Below, in pieces: positions 12,946-25,335 of a DNA stretch of 64,000 nucleotides. A model generated the notes under the pieces. The model worked only from the letters and a program-made list of their open reading frames with translations. It had not been told where the DNA came from and searched no databases. Made by a program: the position numbers and the translations under genes. The DNA is from Camelus ferus. Lineage: Eukaryota. The stretch spans positions 79,672,001-79,736,000 of the forward strand of contig NC_045696.1 in the NCBI RefSeq assembly GCF_009834535.1, in the 5' to 3' direction. How positions within the stretch are numbered: the first letter of the stretch is position 1; each line of letters begins with the position of its first letter.

Positions 12946-13304
12946 CAAAAAAAATTCCCCGCGTGTAATTTAAAAAAAAAAAAAAAGAAAAAAAAAGACA
13001 AACTTATTTACAAAATAGAATCAGCCTCACAGATATAGAAAACAGACTTACGGTTACCAGGGGAGAAATGTGGTGGGAAGGGATAAATTGGGAGTTCGAG
13101 ATTTGCACATACTAGCTAATACGTATAAAATAGATAAACAACAAATTCATACTGCATAGCACAGGGAACTATATTAAATATCTTATAGTAACTTATGGTG
13201 AAAAAGGGAATGAAAAGGAATATATGTATGCTTGTGTATGACTGAAGCATTATGCTGCACACCAGAAATTGCCACAACATTTTAAACTGTTTATACTTCA
13301 ATTA

Positions 13305-13314
<10 letters not shown>

Positions 13315-13335
<21 letters not shown>
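13315..13335. repeat. (TA)n microsatellite in L1 tail
   Basis: Uninterrupted TA run after the first A-tract of the L1 tail. Confidence 0.95.
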
Positions 13336-14104
13336 CTAAAAAAAGAAAAATGAAAAAAAAGAAATTAGGTTGTGCTAATATTCAGTGCTTAATTTCAACA
13401 TATTCTTCGATCCTTTATCCCACAGCCTTCAGAAAGTGTAGGTACAACAGGCAAAAGAGAGTTCCCAGAAAGCTTTTGTCCAAAGAAGTTTTAGTATGTT
13501 ACTCAGTTCCTGAATAAATGCCAGAAAACACATTGTTTAGAGACATTATTAAAATTCAAGCAATTTAAATGTTAATGTTTTAAGCATAGCCTTATGCTAG
13601 GGGAGAAATGTTCTATTTGCTATTTGTTTCCAATATGCAAATTTAAAATTTACATAACTGTATCCTAATATTTTGCTTATAACAAGTTGAATTAGTATAA
13701 GAAAAGCCTTTTATATCTCCACTGCATATTTACATTCAATATTGCCATCTGCCCCTTCAACCCATATCTGTACATAGTAAACAAATACATTGCCACCTAC
13801 TGATGACTCCAATGTTAAGTATACAATATGTGAAACTTCAAGAAGATAAATTTTGTAACATGCATTACTTTACAACTCACATACCTTGACATAAAATCAC
13901 ATTCACATTTTAATATTAGTCTTTTGGATTTTTGTCTTCAAATGAAATGCTACCTTACCTATATTTCTTCATTAATTCTATTTTATGTATTTGAAACACT
14001 ACTTTATATGTATGGCTTGATGTTTATTAAGATAGCTTATTTATCAGTTGGAAAGCATACTCTTCTGTTATCCACATCTGCTGTGCAAAAAATGACAGTG
14101 GTTT

Positions 14105-15347
14105 CACTCAAAATGGATCAAAGACTTAAACATAAGACAAGATACAACAAATCTCCTAGAAGAAAATATAGCCAAAACATTATCTGACATACATCTCAAA
14201 AATTTTCTCCTAGGGCAGTCTATCCAAGCAATAGAAATAAAAGCAAGAATAAATAAATGGGACCTAATTAAACTTACAAGCTTCTGCACAGCAAAGGAAA
14301 CTGTAAGTAAAACAAAACGACAACCTACGGAATGGGAGAAAATCTTTGCAAATGAAACCGACAAAGACGTGATCTCCAGAATATATAAGCAGCTCATATG
14401 ATTTAATAAGAAAAAAACAAACAACCCAATCCAAAAGTGGGCAGAAGACCTAAACAAGCCATTCTCCAAGGAAGACATACAAATGATCAATAGACACATG
14501 AAAAAATGCTCAGTATCACTAATTATCAGAGAAATGTAAATCAAAACTACAATGAGGTATCACCTCACACCAGTCAGAATGGCCATCATTTAAAAATTCA
14601 CAAATGACAAATGCTGGAGAGGCTGTGGAGAAAAGGGAACCCTCCTACACTGCTCGTGGGAATGTAGTTTGGTGCAGCCACTGTGGAAAACAGTATGGAG
14701 ATTCCTCAAAAGACTAGGAATAGACTTAGCATAGGGCCCAGGAATCCTGCTCCTGGGCTTATATCCAGAAGGAACCCTACTTCAGGATGACACCTGCACC
14801 CCAATGTTCATAGCAGCATTATTTACAATAGCCAAGACATGGAAACAGCCTAAATGTCCATCAGCGGATGACTGGATAAAGAAGTGGTGGTATATTTATA
14901 CAATGGAATACTACTCAGCCATAAAAACTGACAACATAACGCCATTTGCAGCAACATGGATGCTCCTGGAGAATGTCATTCTAAGTGAAGTAAGCCAGAA
15001 AGAGAAAGAAAAATACCATATGAGATCGCTCATATGCAGAATCTAAAAAAAATAAATAAATAAACATAAATATAAAACAGAAACAACTCATAGACATAGA
15101 ATACAAACTTGTGGTTGCCAGGGGGACAGGGAGTGGGAAGGGACAGACTGGGATTTCAAATTGTAGAATAGATAAACTAGATTGTACTGTGTAGCACAGG
15201 GAAATATATACAGGATCTTGTAGTGGCTAACAGTGAAAGAGAATGTGACAATGAATGTATGTTCATGTATAACTGAAAAATTGTGCTCTACACTGGAATT
15301 TGACACAACATTGTAAAATGACTATAACTCAATAAAAAAATTTTTTT
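14105..15347 (+). mobile_element. Young 5'-truncated L1 (camelid-type subfamily B)
   Basis: ORF2 C-terminus ([20 protein letters not shown]...SEVSQKEKEKYHMRSLICRI*, 14804-15046), 3' UTR and AATAAA. Perfect 17-bp TSD aaaaatgacagtggttt at 14088-14104 and 15348-15364. Confidence 0.97.
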
Positions 15348-17199
15348 AAAAATGACAGTGGTTTTAAAAGATTTGGTGAAACTTGGGTGTATACAATCAG
15401 TTTTTGATGAGATCAAACCCTGGCCTTGTTCAAATGTTCTCTTTCCAGTTTTTGGAAAGTTTTTTTTTTTAATAGTAAAATAAAATTTAAAAATTATTTT
15501 TTATTAAATCAGTTTTCTTTGTGAAAAGACCTCACAATGTTCCCTAAAATTATTTATCTTTATAATTTCCTTCAGTTGGTATTTAGGCTTTAGTTTGCAA
15601 AAGAGTACACTAATTGCCATAATGGATTAATTTCCTTGAGTAATGAAAATGTCAAATGTACTTCTAGTTCTATTAATTTCCTCTAAAGCCAAGACACCAA
15701 AGAGATGTTATTGTGGCCTAAAACAGCATGCATAAATTCAGCATCAGGTTAAGGGCCTCCTGGGGCTTCTCCTTTCATTGTCTGGCTCTCCTGTGCCTTG
15801 TGGAGGTAACATCCTCCCTGTAACCAGGACCTCGTCCCCCAGAAGAATCCCGGACACAATCTCTCAAAGGAAGGAAACTTCCTTTTTATTTTTCTTAAGC
15901 ATATTGTTTCATGTTATCACATATTTTTGTAGGTCATTTATTCTTGGTGTTCCCTGATTGCTCCATCTTTACCCTTTCCTACTCTGGAACACATCCATTC
16001 ATGGTGGTGACATATATATTTATCTACCTCCCTCTTTTTCTTCTCTACACTAGTCCCTGTTAGCTGCTAGTGACAAGGGCAGAATATAAAGGTGATTAAG
16101 AGGCAGTTTCTACCCTCGAAAAGCTTACAATTTAATGGCCAGGACTTCTTTTTTTTAAGATTTAAGAGAATTAGTAGCGAAGGGCTATAACAATTGATCA
16201 AATGAATATATTTTCCTGTAACTGACATGGGTTAATTATGCTACAAAACTAACAATTTCTTCCAAAAACAATGCTCAAACGTAAAGTTGTCCTATTTTCC
16301 TAATTTTCCATTTACTCCTAACTTGTCATTGAAGAATTAAGTCACTTATGCCCTCCCTATAATGGGTGTTTGGGTTGTCATCCTTAAATCTAATAACCAT
16401 TTTATAAGATAAGGAAATCAGGGGAGTCAGAGAGCAGATGACGACTGCATTTGAGGGGGCAGAGGGCTTTTCAAGTGCTTCTGAAATCACCCTTGTAGGC
16501 ACATCATGTCAGCCAGGCAGGCTATAGCTAGAAATAATATTAACAATGTGAAATGATTTTCCTGAATATTAGATCTAGATTTGCATTAATGCAAAATACA
16601 TATGTAGAAATGCTATTACTTCAACTGCAAATTAATTTATAAGAGTGGTGCAGAATGATAAGTAACTTTATAGAAGACAAGTGGTTTTTTTTTCCTATTC
16701 TCTGAGGGAGAATTTTACATCTGTAGTCAAGTTGTTGTTGTTGAGATACCTTGGCTTCCTGGTGATTTACAAAAGCAGGCAAAAATCTGCGAGCATTATT
16801 GGTATTGTCTGCATGCTGTCTCAAGTTATTTGCCCCTACTGTTTGGGCCAATGTTCCTAAAATTCAGCCATGGTAGGCTAATGTTTCTCTGGGCACAGTT
16901 ATGTAAGGGTAATAATTACTATTAATGAAGTGCTACACAAAAATGGATAACTTTAGTAAAGTTATGAACATGAACATCCACCAAACACATAGGGAAAGAA
17001 CTTACATAAAGTTATGAAAAATATACATTCTAATGAAAGCGTGTATTTCCTGAGGCAACATTTATTTATCATCTATTATTTGCCCTATTTCAGATTTTTG
17101 GAATAAAATACAAAATGATTCCCTTTCTTAAAGGACTTAGCTCCAAAAGACACGTACACAAATACACACTGGATAAAGGGTGGAACAGAATATGCTGCC

Positions 17200-17950
17200 T
17201 GGATGATGATGACTTCTCAGTCTCTTTTGTTGCATCATCATTCTCTGATTTTCCTTAAAATTGGTGTTCCTTGGTATTCTTTCCTCCTTTTCTTGCTACA
17301 CATTTTCCCTGAGCAATTTCCTTCCCTATAACTGGCTTCAATTACCATGCCGCCCCACCAATTCTGGTGAGTCCTAGATATTTCTGTTCAGTCTAGATGG
17401 CTTCTTCCATTCTCTTCATAAGCCTACTGAGCATCTCTACCCAGATATCCCTTGCTCATCTCAAAAACAATTTATCCAGAACAAAACATATCACCTTTCC
17501 TTCTCTTCCGTCTCCATTTACCGATCTTAAAAAAAAAAAAAAAAAAAAAGACATCACCATGATGCTCTGTGGCCCTAGACAGAAACCTAGGTATTACCCA
17601 GATTCTCTCCTTTGCCTTCCTCTCAACATCCAGTGTGTGTGCGTTGTAGCCTGCCTCTTTGATACACCACTCAGTCTTGTAGCTGAATATGCTCCTTTCC
17701 TGTTGTCCCCAGTTTAGGATCTCTTCCGTCTATCCATTCGTTCAGCAAATATTTCTGAAATGGCTTCTCCATTTCAGGCCCTCGTGTTCTTGTGCAATAA
17801 TCTCCTGCTTTGTGCCCCAATATCATTTCCATAATACATGGACATCATCTCATTTCTGCCAGAATAATAATTCTAAAATGTGAATCAGGTCCTATTATTT
17901 ATCCACTGAAATATCTCCCTTTGCTTTTAAAATCCTAAAACAAGGTTTTC
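17200..17950 (+). mobile_element. L2 LINE fragment
   Basis: 'ggcttcaattaccat', 'gcctactgagcatctctacccagatatcccttgctcatctcaaaaacaatttatccagaac' and 'ctagacagaaacctagg' are typical of the L2 ORF2 3' region. An A21 run lies at 17529-17549. Confidence 0.8.
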
Positions 17951-18109
17951 ACATATTCGGGGTAGGGAAAAGAGGTGTCAGGAAATTGTTAAAACATCAA
18001 TAATCTTTTCAGCATCTAAATCTAAAGTAGAGTTTATATGAAATCAGAAAGGTACTGAAGAAGGGGAGAAATTCTATGATGCAACTTCAACGCAACCTCT
18101 TAACACAGA

Positions 18110-18250
18110 ACCGTACTTATTTATTTATATGTCTGTCTTTCTCTAATGGACTACAAGCCCCAGAGAGTCAGGTGTTTGTTTTTGTCGACTTGGGGCATGG
18201 CAAAGTGTCTGACACATGATAAGCACTCAACAAATGCTTTTTGACTGAAT
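18110..18250 (+). mobile_element. L2 3' terminus
   Basis: 'gactacaagcccc...gtgtctgacacatgataagcactcaacaaatgctttttgactgaat'. Confidence 0.8.
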
Positions 18251-19502
18251 TTTTTAAGTATAATGAGAAAACATATGAGGGAGTACCAAGATGTTATTCA
18301 TTTAATCAAAACTTGGACTCTTCACTGAAGGTGTCTATTATGTGTTCAAACATCAAGTACACAGCACAGAATTGTGTGCATTATGCAATAATTTCAGACC
18401 TCATCTCAACATTTGATCAATATCAGTAAAATCATACTCTTTCCCAACCTCTCTTACAACTGTTCATTTCTCAGGCCAATGGTTAGAAAGTAGGACTCAA
18501 AGGACTCACTAATTTACCAAGCATCCTTTTTCTCCCACGTCCTTGGTAATTATATGCACATCCTTTTGTTCTTCCCAGAAAGAGCCCTTAGAATTCACAA
18601 CACTATCATCACCTTCCAAAACAAATCAAAACACCTTCAGTACCTGGAGTTATGTAAAAACAGCCAAACCCTTTATTTTTGTAGAAATTTCTTTCTGACA
18701 AGGTAAAAACCAGGTTTTCTGCTCCCATTCTGTACCACAGTGTCCCTTTGTAAAGCATTACTCATTGTCATAGGATGTTCTGCTGTGAATAAACAAAACT
18801 ACTTGTTCTTTTCCTGCGTAGTTTTATGGCAGAAAAAAAAAAAAGTTGTACCTTAAGGTTTCATTAATGGACATATAGATGGCCACGTGAGCCTAGAGTC
18901 ACTCTCATCCCAACACTGAAGAATTAAGTCACGATGCCTTGGTCATTTGCCCTTCCTTGACTGGCTCCTCAGGTCTGCAATCATCCTGTGGCTTCCCACC
19001 ATTTGGTCATTTGGGCCATGTATTAGTCGGACTGGATTTTTTGTTTACTTTTTATCTAGCTTTGAAACTCTGCTATAATTTCTCTCTTTGGGAGCTTTTA
19101 AAGATATTACTTTCTTACATGCATTCAAGATATTTTAACGACGCAATCTTGTTAAAATTAATGTATAAACATGAGGTCTCTAAGAAAGGACAGATGGATG
19201 CCAAACAATTAAAGAGAAGTATTTTCTACCACTTTAAAATTTTAAAAGGGGTCTATTCATCCAATTCTTGGCTATAGAAAATAGTTACAAGGACAAGACA
19301 GAGAAGTGCAGGAAGCCTATTAAACCTACTGGGCCATAGTAACTATGCAACAAATGGGTGGACTGATTTAACTAAGTCATTAATTTACATTTCAAGAAAG
19401 TCTTTTTTATATTGCTTACAATAACACTATTCAATAGGTAAAAATGAAGAACTGAAAAGGTTTGGATGGAGTGAAATAAAATACAAAAAATCAGTTAGGA
19501 TT

Positions 19503-19951
19503 TGTGTTACGCTAAATAAAGGCCTGGCAAAGATGTCAACATTCTAATCCCCTGAACCTGTGAATATGTTACTTTATATAGTAGAACAAATATTGCAGAT
19601 GTGATTAACTAAAGATCTTGAGATGAAGAGGTTATCTGGATTATCCTAGTGTTCCCAGTATAATCACAAGCGTCCTTATAGAGGCGGGTGAGAGGCTCAA
19701 AGTAAAAGAAGGCAAGGTGATTAAAGCAGAGGTTGGAGTGATGGGGCCATAAGTCAGAGAACGCCAGCAGCTTCTAAGAGCTGGAAGAAGGAAGAAATGG
19801 ATTCCCATAGAAACTCCCGTAGGAATGAGCCCTGCTGATACCTTGACTATAGTCCAAGTGAGACTTCTGACTTTCAGAACTATACAACAAATTTTGTTGT
19901 TGCCACTAAGTTTGTGATAATCTGTTACAACAGCAAGAGGAAACTAATGTA
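19503..19951 (+). mobile_element. MaLR solo LTR (MLT1D-like)
   Basis: 'aaagatgtcaacattctaatcccctgaacctgtgaatatgttac...gcagatgtgattaactaaagatcttgagatg...ccactaagtttgtgataatctgttacaacagcaagaggaaactaat'. Confidence 0.9.
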
Positions 19952-20699
19952 TAATTTAAATGCATCCCATAAGGTCCCCTACAGTATCTGGAGATAAGCT
20001 GCAATGATTCATGATAAAGTCAAAAGTGAATTGTTTTCTTTGTGGTTTTGTTAAAATATGTGCTGAACTATTGCTCATCATCATACTGTAAGGTTTTGGT
20101 GGTATTCAACTTTTAGAATTGTTTCATATTTCTGTTTAAAGTTCTGTGTGTTAATACACATGAGTGTGAAATTCTCCATAGCCCTCTGCAACATAAATTA
20201 ATTTTGTTGTTGCTGTTTTTCAGTAATACCTCTGATGTAATTACATCTTATTGGCTTTACAAAATAAAGTCCCCTGATTGTGAAAGCAGAGACGTTATTT
20301 GAGATGTTAGTCTCTGTGATCAAGATACTTGCTCCATCAAGGAAAAGCTACCAATTCCCAGAGAGTTTTCACACCTGAAAAAATTAAACCGATTTGTTTT
20401 GTAAATCTGCTTCATGCAAATTACAAAATCTATCACTAAATAGAGGCCTCTTAACAAAAGATTTTCCAAAAGGATTAAAGATTCCCCACAGAAGTCAGTT
20501 CCTCAAATGTTCCTCATTACAAACACATACACTTAACAGTCTATAGCAAGAGTGGTTATTTAACAAATGCCACCCTATAGAATGTATCTTGAAATATTTG
20601 ACTGACATGGGAGAATGCACTGGACAATATCATATGGTAGAATTCTTTCTTTCTTTCTTAAAAGAGTATAGATTTTATGTTTCTAGAGTTTCATGGATG

Positions 20700-20937
20700 T
20701 GTTCATGGTTAAATATACAAGGTCTGAAGCCAGACTGCCTAGATTGAATCCCAGCTCTGCCACTTGTGACCTGAGGTTAATTATTTAATCTCTCTCTGCT
20801 TCATCAGGAATGTGGGGAAAATGATAAGACCAATTACATTTGATTGTTTTGAAGGTTAAATAAATGAAAGAATGCAAAATACTTATTAATAGAATTGGGC
20901 CTGTACCAGTAAGCCTTCAGTTAGCACTTACTATTAA
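20700..20937 (+). mobile_element. MIR SINE
   Basis: 'tggttaaatatacaaggtctgaagccagactgcctagattgaatcccagctctgccactt'. Confidence 0.9.
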
Positions 20938-22070
20938 AGCCAGAAATATAAAATAACTGTCAATCAATCTCATATATACATATGTAGCTACCATTATGCA
21001 GTCAGCAAATGTTTACAAGGGTCTACTGTATTCAAGGCGGTAAACTATCAGCATCATTTTTCTATAAAATGAATCTCCCTCTTAGGCCTAGCTCCCCAGA
21101 GCTGAACACATTTTGAACATATGCAACATTATCAGTCATCAAAGCTTAAAAGTAAGAGGTTCAGGAGCAGGGCTAAGATAGGCTGAGAAGGACGTCATGA
21201 TCCAAGAAAGCAGGGTTCATCCTAAACCCACTGAGCTTATGAGCCTTAGGACTACAAAATCTTTTACAGTGAATACAAGAGGAAATTTTTAAAAAAGAGA
21301 TATATATAGAGAGGGAGATGGAGAGAAAATCTTGGTAAAATAAATTAAGCAGGACATAGAATAAGAGAATTATAACTCATGTATCTAACATTCAGTATAG
21401 GGATAGCTGATGACTGAGCAGAACTTTTAGCATTTCTCTAAGGGCAAAAATTTTAGCAGTTGAAAGGAAGCTATTTCTTTCTTTCTTTCTTTTACATAAT
21501 TATTTTTCTTTTAGCACTCAAAGAAAAGTTAGCCCAAAAGTCAACTTTTCAGCCACATTTACCCACAGAGGATACAGCACGTTTGACAAGAACATTGTGT
21601 TCAAATGTAAGCATTTGCACAATATAATCAACCTCCCAGAAAAAACCTTGACCCTTGTAGAGTATTCATTTGCAACCGAAATGCAAGAAGTCTGAGTTGA
21701 AAGAAAACCTGTAATTGTTCCTTCACTTTATATCAACCTGACTTGATTACATCACCCAAGCTGGGTTTCAGTATCAGTCATTTGACGCATTTACTCCCAT
21801 CTTAGTCATGCTAGGGTTTCAGGGTCTTATACTCAGAGCCCTCCATAATTCACTCTATACAGTCTGCTGTTAAATGCGCAAAGTCCAAGCCAGACCAGTG
21901 CATTGATGTCCTCTGGCTCTGCTGCTCCCTTGCCATGCTCGGGGTACCGGAATCTCTGTGAACCCTTGGTCCTGGCAACCTATCTTAGATGCAGCCACTC
22001 TTTTCTGAGATTTTACAGTTTCCTTCCTAGTGCAATCAAGTAAAGAGAAATGCAAGAATCAGAAAAGGAC

Positions 22071-22700
22071 TTTGGCAGAGGCTTCTGTCTCCTAATATAA
22101 ACTGTCTCCTCTTCTCTTCAGCACTAGAAGCTCCATATATAGCTGACATGCAAACACCTAACTAGAGAATATGTGCACCAGCTTCCTTAGAGTTAGGTGT
22201 AAATATGTTATGTTTTGACCAAGGAATGGGAAGCGAGAGTTTATTTTTGCCACTTTTAGGTGTTATCCTTTAAAAGGGAGTGGCTTCCCCTCTACTCTTT
22301 CTCTGTCTTGCAGTGCAAGGGCTTGGTAATGGTGATCCACCTTTAATAATGCACACAAAGACAACAAACTAGGGAATAAAGATATAGTCAGCAAGAAGAA
22401 ATCTGAATTCCTAGATGGATCTCATGAGCAGAGAGCTGTCTTCTGGACTTAGGGAAGTGACCTTTACCTTGATTGTGCCAGTGTATTTCTGGTCGCTTCT
22501 AGCAGCTTAGCTCGTATTCTAACTAATACGGAAATCGGTGGCTAGAACCAGGTTGCTGTTGTAATAAAACCTAGAAATATATAGCATTGGCTAACTAGTT
22601 GGGGAATAAACACCAAGAAGATAGACATTGTAGGCTGGAAAGTCGGTGACAATAGCTTGGTGCCTCACTGAGTTGGGAAAACCAACTGCTTTTGAACCTG
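22071..22700 (+). mobile_element. MaLR LTR (MLT1J-like, 22071-22530) joined to start of MLT1 internal region
   Basis: The LTR ends 'aactaatacg' and is followed directly by 'gaaatcggtggctagaaccaggttgctgttgtaataaaacctagaaat', resembling the MLT1-int 5' end. Confidence 0.75.
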
Positions 22701-23229
22701 AAATAGCAGGAGATGATTGTAATTGTTAGCCAAACAGTTTGACTCAGCTCAGTTCCAAACATCAGATTAAGGGTATTGTCTTCTTACTTAAGTATGTTTT
22801 GTTGTCACTGTTATTATTGTTTGGTTTGGTTTTTTTGTTTTTCACTACTACCATTAGAAAGAGTCAAAGGGAGATTAGCTGAGCTGACCACCAAGATCAC
22901 TAAGTGAATGAAGATTGGAAGACTTAAAATTCAGTGTCTAGATTAAATCTTTGGTTTGAGTATTCATACGGAACTTACCAGAAGAAAAGGGATTCCGCTT
23001 TCATAGAAACCACAGTCTGTCCTACAAAAGCTTATAAACTTTTGTATTTTTAAATAAGTCCTAAAGCAAATCCTCAGTCTCCAAAACCTGACTAGCAGAA
23101 AATGACCACACTCCAAAGTCGTAGCGACCTATAGATCAAGAAGAGAGAATTTGGATCCATGGATAACCTGAAGACAAGATGCTTACATGCCCTGCAAAGA
23201 AATTAGAGAAATAAATTTCTAATATGTGT

Positions 23230-23900
23230 AGAAGCTACTATATTCATTTCTGTAAGTTTTTAAACATGTGTAGATTTGTGAACTTGAACACTGGCATGGA
23301 TTTGTGAAGCCACCACCACAATTAGGTCACAGACAGAATTTACTAGTGAAACGACTTGGGCCTGGAGACTTCTTTTTTGGAAGGATTTAAACCATTAATC
23401 TAATTGTTTGAACAGTTATAGGACTTTTTTGTTACCTATACCTTCAATTTATTTTTTGAGATTTCCACCTTTCCACTTCCTTCAAGAGTATTCACAGTTG
23501 CTTGCTGCAGCATTTTGATAATAGGCACTTTAACATCTTAAATTATTTCAGTATCTGTGTCATGTTAGAGTTGATATCTGTTAACTGTCTTTCCTCATGT
23601 AATCCAAGGTATTTCTGATTCTTTAAAGGCTGGGTAACTTTGTATACTATTCTGGACATTATGAACATTTAGTTTGACCCTATGTTGTTTAAATCTTGAC
23701 AAATATAAGGAAGGCTGATGTATTAATTTTGGTAGGCAATTAATCAGGTTATGTTCAGGCCCTTCTGTGGGCTGTAGTTTCAATATCAGTTTAATTATAA
23801 AGCCATTCTAGTGCTATTCAGATCTATCCGACGTGCATATCACCTAGCTGCAGTCTGGGACCTGGACCATGTCCCATCATGTACACAGTTATATATTAGC
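23230..23900 (-). mobile_element. Old L1 fragments (L1M-class mosaic)
   Basis: 'gaatttactagtgaaacgacttgggcctggagacttcttttttggaagg' and 'ttctggacattatgaa...ttaatcaggttatgttcagg' resemble reverse L1 ORF2 and 5' sequence. Confidence 0.7.
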
Positions 23901-25179
23901 CTTTGTAGTTTGCTATTTCCCCATATTTGGAAAGTCTAAAACTTTTAAAATAAGATGGATGGCTTTACGTAAAGTTTAGGTATAATATTTTATCTTTGGT
24001 GCTCCCCTAACTTCTTTTTTCTATTGTTCTCCCCTTTCACCTCTAAAGTGAATGCTGGCCCACACAGGCACCTCTCACCTGTGTGGCATGCCATTGTCCA
24101 TGGCAGCATAATCTAATAAACTCCTTTACTAATTTCAATAAACAGATAAAGTTAATCCTGTGCCTCATTTCTTCTAATTGCTAAGAAAACATCAGCGGAC
24201 TACATTTTAAGATGTTACTTCTCCTAGGAAAATTTGCATTTCAATAATTTTCTCTTATTGGTTAAATCTTCAAAGCCCAAAGGAACTAATCTCTAGTGAT
24301 GGAGTTGACAGGTCAAGGGGTGAAGCACTGGGGGACCCAGTTTAGTCTCACAAGCCATCCAGGCTCTCATGTCCACATGCTCTTCAAAGGAAATCCTTTC
24401 CTTCATCTCACATGGGAATGAGGCAAAGGAGACAAATAAGGAAAACTGTAAAGCCAAATACTAATTACATAAGATGCTTCTTGATATTCTTCCTCAAAGT
24501 TATTGCTTAAGCAATTGTGCTTCCCTATAAATAGGGGGAAAGGTGAAACAATTTGCATATAATTTTTATTACTTTATTAACTGCAAAAGTTCAAACTGTA
24601 AACTAAGTGTGAACATTCTGAAAAAGTATTTAAAGTACAACAGAATGCATCTACATATTTCTATTTACATTTACCATAATAACATTAATATAACCAACTA
24701 ATTCCATTTAATTTGAGTAATATATTATTTCCCTATATAGTGATTAGAAGATTAAATTTAATTATGGCTCTTTTACTGAAAAAAATTACAGTACCTTGTA
24801 TAACTAGGGCCAAAATTAGATATGTATTTCTGCTAGAATGCATTACATTTTTTAAAAATCATGTTTGTACCATTTTAAATTTTATGTAATAAATGACTCT
24901 TACTGTACATATATATGTATATAATATATATTATCTACAAAATGTAAAGGACTATACAAATACACTGCTATACCTTTACTACAGTTAAGATTTTTTATCA
25001 TAATTTTAGTTTATGAAGTTAATAAATGCATAAAAATTCACAAAGTAAAATCTTGAAAAAAATTCAACCTTAGTGCACATTTTGGATTTTACTTTATTAG
25101 TACAAGGTCATGAGCCTACTTACAAAATATAATTTGACCAGCTCATCTACACTGCCATGAACAGACCTCTCCAACATGG

Positions 25180-25335
25180 TTTTTAAATTGAAGTATAGTT
25201 GATTTACAATGTTTCAGGTGTACAGCAAAGTGATTCAGTTACATATATATACATATATGTATTCTTTTTCATATTTTTTCCATTATAGGTTATTACAAGA
25301 TATTGAATACAGTTCCCTGTGCTATATAGTAAGTT
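25180..25335 (-). mobile_element. Short L1 3'-UTR fragment (artiodactyl L1-like)
   Basis: 'ttgaagtatagttgatttacaatgtttcaggtgtacagcaaagtgattcagtta...ataggttattacaagatattgaatacagttccctgtgctata'. Confidence 0.9.

Larger units (their letters stand above)
11382..13358 (+). mobile_element. Young 5'-truncated L1 (camelid-type subfamily A): ORF2 3' part, 3' UTR and A/(TA)n tail
   Basis: L1 ORF2 peptides ([39 protein letters not shown]). 19-bp TSD aagaaattagAGtgtgcta (11363-11381) and aagaaattagGTtgtgcta (13359-13377). TT|AAGA endonuclease site. Confidence 0.97.

Noticed and set aside
14104..14544. 146-aa minus-strand ORF
   Set aside because: It is the antisense frame of L1 ORF2, a common artefact.
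16330..18932. Exact 16-mer TGAAGAATTAAGTCAC at 16330-16345 and 18917-18932, considered as a TSD
   Set aside because: No poly(A) tail precedes the second copy and the interval contains ancient L2 pieces. About one such match is expected by chance in 64 kb of AT-rich DNA.
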